From: a virus
DNA length: 42,025 nucleotides
Virus record (IMG/VR): IMGVR_UViG_3300033127_000032
Span: 1 to 42,025 of that record
Reading direction: 5' to 3' (one strand)
Below are positions 14,877 to 22,944 of the stretch, one piece after another. A model generated the notes under the pieces. The model worked only from the letters and a program-made list of their open reading frames with translations. It had not been told where the DNA came from and made no database searches. How positions within the stretch are numbered: position 1 is the stretch's first letter; each line of letters starts with the position of its first letter. Both the position numbers and the translations under genes were made by a program.

Positions 14877-15651
14877 CTAGCATTTCCATAAAAAGCTTTT
14901 CATCCTCAACAACATCTTTGTTGTTTTCATAAACCATATTTAACTGATCTAGGGTTTCACAAGAATCAATAGTTTCTTTTAATGTCAAATCATCTTCTAA
15001 ATCACTATGCAAAGGTTTATCTAAATCGTAATTTTCATTGTCAATAGCTTCTATGTTTTTAAACTGATCTTTAAAAGCTATTTTACAAATTCTCTTCACA
15101 ATAGATTTTAAAACCATTCTATCAAACCATTTATCCCAAATAGTCTTAGTCTTAGCTGTAGATTTTATTTTATCTATTTCAGAAACATTTAAAGTTTCTA
15201 TAAATTCACCTCTATTGTTTTTTATTATACCATAAGCACCGATGATAGTCCTATTATTCTCAAATGGATTTGACATAGTATGCTTATAAATAACCTTTCC
15301 AGATTCTTTTGAAAATGAAAATTTATCACCCTCATATACAATACCGAAATCAAACTTTGTTTCTGGATAAACATTTAAAACTTTGTTTTTGTAGGCTTGG
15401 TAATCATAACTAACCATTAATTTACCTTTAAATGTCAAAGTGATGTTTTCCCCATCTATATACAAATTGTCAATAGCAACTTTTTTATACATAGAAATAA
15501 AAGCTTCATCTTTTTGATACTGAAACCATTTATTTTTCAATTGCTTAGTTTTGTCTTTTTCGGTACTTAAAAAACTTAGGTAATCCAAATACACACCTAC
15601 TTTCACCTTATCATAATCCGATAATCCCTTTTTTATATACTCTCTATTCAT
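14845..15651 (-). CDS. recT: RecT-family single-strand annealing protein.
   Basis: 268 aa. IIGAYGIIKNNRGEFIETLNVSEIDKIKSTAKT..IWDKWFDRMVLKSIVKRICK matches the conserved RecT C-terminal core. It is adjacent to the exonuclease. Confidence 0.75.
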   Translation of the reverse strand: MNREYIKKGLSDYDKVKVGVYLDYLSFLSTEKDKTKQLKNKWFQYQKDEAFISMYKKVAIDNLYIDGENITLTFKGKLMVSYDYQAYKNKVLNVYPETKFDFGIVYEGDKFSFSKESGKVIYKHTMSNPFENNRTIIGAYGIIKNNRGEFIETLNVSEIDKIKSTAKTKTIWDKWFDRMVLKSIVKRICKIAFKDQFKNIEAIDNENYDLDKPLHSDLEDDLTLKETIDSCETLDQLNMVYENNKDVVEDEKLFMEMLGAKKKQIKGL

Positions 15652-15904
15652 CTTTTTGTTCTTTTACTATATCCTCATACTTTGCACCAGTAACAGATAA
15701 TATATTATTTAATACCACTAAAAAATTGGGGGTTCTACCTGCTTTCATATTAACCAAATCTTGATACTTTTTACCAATCATTTCCGCCAGGTCCTTTCGG
15801 TTAATAGGATTTTCTTTGTCGATACTATTGTGAATATCGATAGCTTTGTCAATATCAATGACTAACTTTTTTTTACTCATATATTTAATGTTTAAAATTT
15901 TCAA
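15644..15904 (-). CDS. XRE-family HTH transcriptional regulator.
   Basis: 86 aa. NRKDLAEMIGKKYQDLVNMKAGRTPNFLVVLNNILSVTG fits the Cro/C1-type HTH pattern. Confidence 0.6.
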   Translation of the reverse strand: MKILNIKYMSKKKLVIDIDKAIDIHNSIDKENPINRKDLAEMIGKKYQDLVNMKAGRTPNFLVVLNNILSVTGAKYEDIVKEQKDE

Positions 15905-16262
15905 TTTGTTCTTTTAGTTTTTCTATTTCTGTTTCAAAATCACCTATATTACTTTCTAAATCTTCAACTTCCGATTTAAGCTGATTTACATCTTGAATTA
16001 ATGAATCCCGTTCATTTTCTAAATCTTCTGTATATACATACAACCCATTTCCCCATTCCCTAAGTTCGCTGTTCGCTTCTCTTATCGATTCCATAACTTC
16101 CTTTGCTTCATTAAGCTTATCGATAATTAAGTCCGCTTCTTCTTTGTGAAGCAGGGTGTTTTTTTTGATGTACTCTGATTCATTGATTGCATCATCCATT
16201 TTAGAAATAACATCATTAATAATAGGACAAGTATTTCCTATCGGTGCGTGATCTGTTGGCAT
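15885..16262 (-). CDS. Highly acidic coiled-coil protein (125 aa), first immediate-early gene.
   Basis: My count is about 32 D/E against about 13 K/R. It is the first ORF after the best-consensus promoter, P_D. Confidence 0.65.
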   Translation of the reverse strand: MPTDHAPIGNTCPIINDVISKMDDAINESEYIKKNTLLHKEEADLIIDKLNEAKEVMESIREANSELREWGNGLYVYTEDLENERDSLIQDVNQLKSEVEDLESNIGDFETEIEKLKEQIENFKH

Positions 16263-16273
16263 AACGTGATAGA

Positions 16274-16322
16274 TTTTGTTTTGTGATACATCAAAAGTAA
16301 TAAATATTTTTATTACAACAAA
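16274..16322 (-). promoter_or_regulatory. Early promoter P_D (TTTG-N19-TACTTTTG) with a downstream TATCACAAAACAAA box.
   Basis: Minus strand reads cccTTTGttgtaataaaaatatttatTACTTTTGatgTATCACAAAACAAAatctatcacgttATG. The -33 box is at 16319-16322 and the -7 box at 16292-16299. Confidence 0.7.
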
Positions 16323-16345
16323 GGGTTTTAATAAAAAAATTAATT

Positions 16346-16381
16346 AAAAAAATAAAAGCCTTAAAACTAATTAAGGCTTTT
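16346..16381. terminator. Strong bidirectional rho-independent terminator at the end of the late operon.
   Basis: 11-bp stem AAAAGCCTTAA / TTAAGGCTTTT with a 6-nt loop and T-runs on both strands. Confidence 0.85.
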
Positions 16382-16389
16382 TATGTTTC

Positions 16390-16403
16390 TATCACAAAAC
16401 AAA
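16390..16403. promoter_or_regulatory. Inverted copy of the early leader/operator box.
   Basis: TATCACAAAACAAA on the plus strand is the exact reverse complement of 16275-16288. It also matches 9963-9976 (14 of 14) and 3981-3993 (13 nt). Confidence 0.75.
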
Positions 16404-16434
16404 CGACATTGAAGTAGGTCGCAATGCAAATATA

Positions 16435-16893
16435 CTATTTATCTAATAAAGACTTTAAAATATTATTGAATTTGTTGTTTAAAAAGACCATAAACACAAT
16501 TAAAGCTATCACCAATACAACAATAGCATAAATAAAATTCTGAGGTTTAAAATCGTTCTTTTTCTCAGAATTAACATTTATATCATTTTTTATATCCTGC
16601 CTAATTAATTCCATAGTTTCAATTAATTCTGCGCTTAAACATTCAAATTTTTGATTTCCAGACGAATCATATGTGACTTTGGCTATAGTCTTATTTTCAT
16701 AGTTAACCCTTTTTATTATAGTATCATAATACCTAACATTAGGAATATCTATGGTTATAGTGTCACCAGGTCTTGTTATGGTGTTTTTCTTAACCACTGT
16801 ATTAGTTACAGTGTTATCTTTCTTTTTAATGTTTTTGTAAGTACTACAAGAAAACAAACAAAAACAAAACAAAATAAAAACTACTATTTTCAT
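16435..16893 (-). CDS. Unimolecular-spanin-like lysis protein (N-terminal lipoprotein signal plus C-terminal TM).
   Basis: MKIVVFILFCFCLFSC has a lipobox Cys. A beta-rich middle is followed by the C-terminal helix FIYAIVVLVIALIVFMVFL. The ATG at 16893 overlaps the amidase stop (ATGA). The longer ORF to 16938 is less likely. Confidence 0.6.
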   Translation of the reverse strand: MKIVVFILFCFCLFSCSTYKNIKKKDNTVTNTVVKKNTITRPGDTITIDIPNVRYYDTIIKRVNYENKTIAKVTYDSSGNQKFECLSAELIETMELIRQDIKNDINVNSEKKNDFKPQNFIYAIVVLVIALIVFMVFLNNKFNNILKSLLDK

Positions 16894-17375
16894 AATTTTA
16901 AAATATTTCTTTCTTCTACACCTATACTTCTCAACCAAGTTGGAACATCAAAAGATGGACAACTTTTGTTTGCCAACTGATTATGACCGCCAACCAAAAT
17001 ATTTGGATGCCTTAGTATCATAAACTTAGTATATAGTTCCATTGTCTTTTTTTGTTCAAAAGTTCTAGTGTCCTTTGGAGGATAGAATTTTTGCCAAAAC
17101 AATTTGGTTGCGCTACAACCACCAGAATAGGTAACGTGTCTTGCTTCTCCATTAAAACCACGTGCTCCATTAGATATTTCCCAAAAATCAATTCTATCAT
17201 CTTGATTAAAAGGGATGATGTTTTCTAAAGAACCGTCTAAATGAACTATGTCGCTATAACCTGGCTTACTCCACCCCCTTTCTACTAAATGCCACTGTTC
17301 TATATCTTGCTTTGTAACTTCTCTACCCTGCGGTGTAGCTGTACAATGCCAAATCAAATATTTTAATTTTCCCAT
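16890..17375 (-). CDS. N-acetylmuramoyl-L-alanine amidase endolysin (Amidase_2/PGRP, T7 lysozyme-like).
   Basis: 161 aa. WHCTATPQG (Zn His), GYSDIVHLDG and GGHNQL..KSCPSFD (Zn His/Cys) are in the expected positions. Confidence 0.85.
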   Translation of the reverse strand: MGKLKYLIWHCTATPQGREVTKQDIEQWHLVERGWSKPGYSDIVHLDGSLENIIPFNQDDRIDFWEISNGARGFNGEARHVTYSGGCSATKLFWQKFYPPKDTRTFEQKKTMELYTKFMILRHPNILVGGHNQLANKSCPSFDVPTWLRSIGVEERNILKL

Positions 17376-17638
17376 TATAAAAATAATTTACTGAATAAAA
17401 ATTTACCTAAAAAGATAAGGGCAGATGTAATAACACTCGCAACAGCTCCTATGAACTTTGCTTTGTTCTTATATATCTTTTCTCTTACTAAAAAATCATC
17501 TATCTTTTTTTCAATTTCTTTTTGTCTACCAACTAAACCGATTTCTCCAATAGCATCATCTTTTTCTAAAATACCTAGTATTCTAGTAACGCTCTTTTCA
17601 AGGCTATCAACTTTGTCCTCAAACTGCTTTTGATCCAT
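17375..17638 (-). CDS. Small tail-anchored membrane protein (87 aa), lysis-associated by position.
   Basis: Coiled-coil N-terminus and a single C-terminal TM, FIGAVASVITSALIFLGKFLF. Confidence 0.55.
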   Translation of the reverse strand: MDQKQFEDKVDSLEKSVTRILGILEKDDAIGEIGLVGRQKEIEKKIDDFLVREKIYKNKAKFIGAVASVITSALIFLGKFLFSKLFL

Positions 17639-18045
17639 TTTTTGTAATGTTTGTATATTGTTATTATAATAATTAAAACAAAACCTAAATACTCATTTAC
17701 CCCTAAACTTTTTGGGTCAAACAATAATTCATCAAATAAATTGTTCCAACAAGCTAAATAAAATATTTCTGTAATAACCCTCCATTTTACAGAAAACATA
17801 TTTTTTGTTAACAACAATAAAGATTTTATACTATACGAATATCCTAAGAAACTAATCGCTATAGCAATATAAAATACCCCGAATCCTGTTAAATCTTTTA
17901 TAAGCCCCCAAAAAGAGTAGGCAAAAAATGTGGTAGAAAAAGATAAAACAAGTATTAGTTTTATTTTTTTAATCTCTGTCGCTTGGTCTACTTCCGACTG
18001 GCGGACTAGATTTTTTAGCGTTAAACTCAACCCTGTCAATCCCAT
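17575..18045 (-). CDS. Multi-pass membrane protein (156 aa), holin candidate.
   Basis: At least three hydrophobic helices. It overlaps both neighbours by 64 and 77 nt, so the start is uncertain. Confidence 0.5.
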   Translation of the reverse strand: MGLTGLSLTLKNLVRQSEVDQATEIKKIKLILVLSFSTTFFAYSFWGLIKDLTGFGVFYIAIAISFLGYSYSIKSLLLLTKNMFSVKWRVITEIFYLACWNNLFDELLFDPKSLGVNEYLGFVLIIIITIYKHYKKWIKSSLRTKLIALKRALLEY

Positions 18046-18406
18046 TATTATATTCTGGTTGTCTAATACCTAAGATAGATCGTAAACGCTGTAACACTAT
18101 TTGAAAAAACAAACCAAGTAAAAAAACTGTTATAAATTTGTCAGAAAATAAATCTTTTGCAAAATCAAATCTACTTGTTATTATACCTGTCCAGTTTTCA
18201 AAAAACCTAAACAAAACGTAAAACACTATAAAACCAATAAACAACTCTATACGGTTGTCTTTCCACCAATAAGATAAAGAAAAATCTGATGTTTTCTCAC
18301 TCCTTGTTTGAAAATCGACAAGTTTAAAAAGTACAAAACCAATTAAAACTAAAAAACTGCCAAACAGCCACTCTGGTACTGTTGAACTACCTAAAAAAAT
18401 TCCCAT
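17969..18406 (-). CDS. Multi-pass membrane protein (145 aa), holin candidate.
   Basis: Four hydrophobic segments. It lies just upstream of the lysis genes. Confidence 0.55.
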   Translation of the reverse strand: MGIFLGSSTVPEWLFGSFLVLIGFVLFKLVDFQTRSEKTSDFSLSYWWKDNRIELFIGFIVFYVLFRFFENWTGIITSRFDFAKDLFSDKFITVFLLGLFFQIVLQRLRSILGIRQPEYNNGIDRVEFNAKKSSPPVGSRPSDRD

Positions 18407-18417
18407 AATACATAAAA

Positions 18418-19368
18418 TTAATAATTCCTTTTATTTTTATTCACAACCTTGTCATTAAACACAAGGTTTAAAATTGCTTTCCTTGTTTCTGTAAAGTATT
18501 CGGTTCCATCATTATTTTCAAACTTAACAGCAAAATCTACATAACTATAGGAATGATTGTTTAAATTATAATCATTTATCCTAATATCATCAGATAAAAT
18601 CAAAAAATCAGTTATTTCATCTTTAACACAAACAGGTATTAAATTTGTTTGCAACTTATATGTACGTGTTTGCTTTATAGAAATCTGCCTTTTATTATAG
18701 TTTCTATCCACTAATATATCTTCCTCTAAAGAGAAATCACCACGACCAAAAAAACCAGGTACACGTAATGATGATTTAAAACCACTGTCTGTAAAATCTG
18801 CATTATATTCTTCCAAAAGACCAGACATAGTAACATCCATTCTAAAAGTCTTGTCAGAATACAAAGATGAATATTCCTTTAAATTATAAACTAAATATTC
18901 TTGTTCTATTTCCAAACCTACAACACCAAGCCTTTTTACTACTTTATAAGCTCCCTCACCTAAATCCAATAACACCTTTTTCCAATCTAAAACAAAATAT
19001 TTTAAATTACCATTATTAGAAATGGCGCCAAAATCTTTAAAATCACCATAAGTATCATCATTTAATTCATATTCTGTGTCATTAGACATATCAATCATTA
19101 CAAATTCTGCCGTCTCACTTGGAACCTGTCTTTGATGCCAAAACCCAGAAAAATCATTTTTATAAGAACTATCATCTTCTGATGACGCTAATACATAGTG
19201 TAAATAACAACACTCCTTAAAAATAACTTCCGGTGGCTCTACCGGTTCTGGTATTTGCACAAAGTTTGCAAAAGATATAGTTCTTTCCCTAAAAGCACAC
19301 TGCAGGTCTATTGAATTACAAGCAAATTCACTATTATCTACATATAAAAAATCGTTTAATTCTGCCAT
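18418..19368 (-). CDS. Virion/tail-associated protein (316 aa), function unknown.
   Basis: Position in the distal tail module. Confidence 0.6.
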   Translation of the reverse strand: MAELNDFLYVDNSEFACNSIDLQCAFRERTISFANFVQIPEPVEPPEVIFKECCYLHYVLASSEDDSSYKNDFSGFWHQRQVPSETAEFVMIDMSNDTEYELNDDTYGDFKDFGAISNNGNLKYFVLDWKKVLLDLGEGAYKVVKRLGVVGLEIEQEYLVYNLKEYSSLYSDKTFRMDVTMSGLLEEYNADFTDSGFKSSLRVPGFFGRGDFSLEEDILVDRNYNKRQISIKQTRTYKLQTNLIPVCVKDEITDFLILSDDIRINDYNLNNHSYSYVDFAVKFENNDGTEYFTETRKAILNLVFNDKVVNKNKRNY

Positions 19369-19371
19369 AAT

Positions 19372-20457
19372 CTATAAATCTACTATTCCTGTAATACCGT
19401 TTAAAAATCCATTTACATCTTGATTATAAACAACACCATCTATTTCGTAAAAAAAACTGCTTTCACATTTAGAAGCATCCCATTTAAGAGTGTATGATTT
19501 TAAATACTCATAATCTACATATAAATTTTCATTACTGTTGTTTATTATAACATCAAATTTAACCTCTAAATTTTTTGTGTAATCTATAAACAAGAAAAAA
19601 GAAGATTTTTTTTCTTCTTGATTGCCATTTAAAATAATAGGTTTATCAATACCTATATTTAAAACACCTAAACCATAATCTTTTCCATTGATAGTTCCTA
19701 TTGCTTTTCCAGAATAAAACGAATCATTACTTTCAAAATCTAATTTAAGCTCATTAAAAAAAGGATTAAAAGTATTTGGCGTAGTTACATCCTGAACTCT
19801 ATTGGTTCCATCTACTGTAGAGTTTGCATATAACCACTCATTTAATGGAGTTCCACCAATTTGTGATGTATCTTGTTCAAAATCTAAAGTCAAAGTTTCT
19901 ACATCATCGATTTTGTAACTATTTAGTTTTATACCACCAGATGTTGCCAACAATGAATCTTCAAACAAACTATCTAAAATGAAATATGTTTTAATGTTGT
20001 CAGAACAATAATTGTAATTAGCGAAATTCAAATCAAACAATCCAAATAAAAAATCAAACCCCTCTACTACTTGTAAACTCAATTTTATTTCTTGATCAGA
20101 ATCTAAGTTGTATTTAATAATTCTTTCGTAAAAACCTTTTTTTCCTTTTTCTACATCACCTACATCAAAAACTTCATCTAAAAAAACATCAGAACTTGTT
20201 TTAACAATAACCCTAAAAATTGCATTGGAAGTAGTAGTTATGTTGTCAAACAAATAATTAAAAGACAATAAAAATCTATCTTTAGAAGATAAAGCAATAC
20301 CTAATGACTTTTCAAATACAGAATCATTAGTTTGATTAAATGCTAAAAACCCATTACTTATAGTAATAGGATTTATTGATAATGTACTCCAACTATTTAT
20401 ATCATCGTCTATTAAATAATCTATAGATGTTAGGTAAATTAAATTTTTATCACACAT
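19372..20457 (-). CDS. Virion/tail-associated protein (361 aa), function unknown.
   Basis: Position in the distal tail module. Confidence 0.6.
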   Translation of the reverse strand: MCDKNLIYLTSIDYLIDDDINSWSTLSINPITISNGFLAFNQTNDSVFEKSLGIALSSKDRFLLSFNYLFDNITTTSNAIFRVIVKTSSDVFLDEVFDVGDVEKGKKGFYERIIKYNLDSDQEIKLSLQVVEGFDFLFGLFDLNFANYNYCSDNIKTYFILDSLFEDSLLATSGGIKLNSYKIDDVETLTLDFEQDTSQIGGTPLNEWLYANSTVDGTNRVQDVTTPNTFNPFFNELKLDFESNDSFYSGKAIGTINGKDYGLGVLNIGIDKPIILNGNQEEKKSSFFLFIDYTKNLEVKFDVIINNSNENLYVDYEYLKSYTLKWDASKCESSFFYEIDGVVYNQDVNGFLNGITGIVDL

Positions 20458-20460
20458 TTT

Positions 20461-22182
20461 TTAAAATAAATTATTCCAAGATGTTCCATTCCAACACCTC
20501 AATGTTTCTAAAGTTGAATCGTAATAAACAGTTCCTCTACTTGGACTTGATGGTGCTATTGTTGGTTCTAGCTTTATAAAATCAGACACTTTTACTGAAC
20601 CATTTACCTGTAATTTTTCACCTGTATCATTACTATCAAAATCAACAATACCTAAACCTAAATTTCCTGAACTTGTCAGTAACTTCAAATACGTTTCATT
20701 TATGGTATTATTTATATCATCGTATTTTCCGAATCCAAAAGAATTTTGATTTACAAATATTCTTGTGTCTACATTACTAAGATTGGATTGAATTTTTGCT
20801 TCTCCGAATTCTGATTTAAACTCACCTTTTGTGCCTGCTGAATTAAACCCAATAATTGCGGTTGAATCTGTTATTGTTGAATAACCCAAGCCCTGACCAT
20901 CATATCTTGTTATGCTTACATTATAACTCCCACCTGTTAATGAAAAACTCGAAAAAGAATCTAATCCAGTAGGATATAAATTTGTTGTTAGAGAAGCTTG
21001 ATTAAAAACAAATTGACTAGAACCAATATTATGGACTACAGTGCCATCAGTAAAAATATGCTTAAAGCTTGACCCATTATCAAAACTTAAAACCAAAGCG
21101 TTGTTTTCTAAATTTAATAGTGTTGAGTTTACTTGGCTAGAAACCTTATTTAACCCTACATTTAAGTAAGAATTATAGTTATCATTACTGGAAGCTCCTG
21201 TTAACCTAACATTTCTGGAATTCAAATCAACATTACTATAATCAAATGTGCTTTTATAGTTATCTGTTCCGTTAGTTGTTAAAATATCTAATTCTAATGC
21301 TCCTAAATTTAACTCAGTATCATAGTTTGCAACACCTCCTAAATGAACACTATTGTTTCCATCAATAGACATTAAATTACCCCCTAAATATGGCTTTAGT
21401 CTGTCTTCAACAAAAACAAGTGCATCTGCAACAGTTTCAGCGTTAGTTATTGTTTTTTCTTGAACAAATATTTTAAATGTATTTGTAGATGTATTATCTA
21501 TAAAATTAGTATTAGTACCGCTAATTGGAACACCATTTGCATCTAAAAAATCTGTTGGGTTAATTGAACCAAACTCAAAACCTGCATAACCTGGTTCTAC
21601 GAAACTGTCAAAATAATCTGATATATAAAGTGATGCTAACTGACCATCTAAACCCTCAATATAAACTGTGTCTCCAACCTCTAAATCAAATAAAATAGAG
21701 TTAGGGTCTAATGTTCCATCGTTATCCCAGTTTGAGACAAAAGTATAACCCGCATTATACTCATCTTGTGTATAAGTTATATAAACAGTTCCCTCTTCTG
21801 TGATTACATTGTCTATTTTTTTTATGTTACTGTAGTTGTTAACCAACAAAACATCAGTCTCTGTAACTGTTCCTGCGCCTGATGAAACACCATCTATAAC
21901 AATAGTTCCACTCGCAGTCTCTGTAACAGTAATATTGTTACCTCCAATAACTTCTGGAATAGAATCCATTGTAGCGATATTCAATGACTTTATTAAGTCA
22001 TCTTTTTCCATAAAGAAATTCATCTTTTTACTATTAAACCTTAATAAAGGAATGTAAGTATTAGATTCAACTTCTGTTTTTTGCACTGCGTTAGGTATTT
22101 TAATACCCTTTTCAAAAACCTTTTGCGAAAATGCACTAAAGGTTGATAAAAAAACTAAAAAGTAAATTAATTTAAGCTTCAT
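20461..22182 (-). CDS. Tail-fibre-like protein with an N-terminal Sec-type signal peptide.
   Basis: 573 aa. MKLKLIYFLVFLSTFSAFS-QK is a signal-peptide-like N-terminus. The body is T/S/N/G-rich and the C-terminus is GTVYYDSTLETLRCWNGTSWNNLF. Confidence 0.55.
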   Translation of the reverse strand: MKLKLIYFLVFLSTFSAFSQKVFEKGIKIPNAVQKTEVESNTYIPLLRFNSKKMNFFMEKDDLIKSLNIATMDSIPEVIGGNNITVTETASGTIVIDGVSSGAGTVTETDVLLVNNYSNIKKIDNVITEEGTVYITYTQDEYNAGYTFVSNWDNDGTLDPNSILFDLEVGDTVYIEGLDGQLASLYISDYFDSFVEPGYAGFEFGSINPTDFLDANGVPISGTNTNFIDNTSTNTFKIFVQEKTITNAETVADALVFVEDRLKPYLGGNLMSIDGNNSVHLGGVANYDTELNLGALELDILTTNGTDNYKSTFDYSNVDLNSRNVRLTGASSNDNYNSYLNVGLNKVSSQVNSTLLNLENNALVLSFDNGSSFKHIFTDGTVVHNIGSSQFVFNQASLTTNLYPTGLDSFSSFSLTGGSYNVSITRYDGQGLGYSTITDSTAIIGFNSAGTKGEFKSEFGEAKIQSNLSNVDTRIFVNQNSFGFGKYDDINNTINETYLKLLTSSGNLGLGIVDFDSNDTGEKLQVNGSVKVSDFIKLEPTIAPSSPSRGTVYYDSTLETLRCWNGTSWNNLF

Positions 22183-22201
22183 ATTATTATAATTTAAGTT
22201 T

Positions 22202-22933
22202 TTATTCTGGATCAGTATCGTTAACTATACTATAATCTCTTTTATCCCATGACGTTCCTAATGTTGGGTCACCCGACACATATATCATATCCACATCATA
22301 ATCATTTGCATTTGTTTGACCATTGTAAGCCAAATCTCCTGCTACAGGCACTGCGGTTGTACCACCCGAGTTATTTCTGGCTTTAAAATCAAATTCATAA
22401 CCATCTATAATAATTTTGTTAGTAGATGAATTTGCGCCACCACTCATATAAAAATCCACAACACATAATTGCTGTGTTGTAGAGCTATAAGCAAAATTCG
22501 TGTTTTCAGCCAAACCACTAACTGTAACGTTGTAAACATCATTATTTGAACTGTCAACGTCTGTGATGTATGACTTATATTCTAAAAATACACTTCTACC
22601 CTCGTAGTCTTTAAATTTAATTAAATCACCTACAGAAAGTTTAGACAATAAAAAACCGATGTCATTATTATCAATAGTGTTTTTAGAAAAAGTCACTACA
22701 AAATCATTAGTTTCATTCATTGGGTTATTGTTCCAAGAAAAGGAACCAGATGGTGTAACACCTAATGGAGATTCGTTTATAGCCACGAAAGGGAAACCAG
22801 TATATTTACCTAACTTAGAAAGCATCTGTAAAACAAATGCTTTATGATTATCGACTTTTATACCGCTTATCCCTAAGTTCTTATCAAGTGTTTGATTAAC
22901 ACTATCTTCAATTAATTTTATATTATCAGACAT
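22202..22933 (-). CDS. Virion/tail-associated protein (243 aa).
   Basis: Position in the distal tail module. Confidence 0.6.
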   Translation of the reverse strand: MSDNIKLIEDSVNQTLDKNLGISGIKVDNHKAFVLQMLSKLGKYTGFPFVAINESPLGVTPSGSFSWNNNPMNETNDFVVTFSKNTIDNNDIGFLLSKLSVGDLIKFKDYEGRSVFLEYKSYITDVDSSNNDVYNVTVSGLAENTNFAYSSTTQQLCVVDFYMSGGANSSTNKIIIDGYEFDFKARNNSGGTTAVPVAGDLAYNGQTNANDYDVDMIYVSGDPTLGTSWDKRDYSIVNDTDPE

Positions 22934-22944
22934 AATAATTTGTT

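Noticed and set aside
17018-17200. Minus-strand 60-aa ORF inside the amidase gene.
   Set aside because: It is fully nested out of frame within a gene that has clear Amidase_2 motifs.
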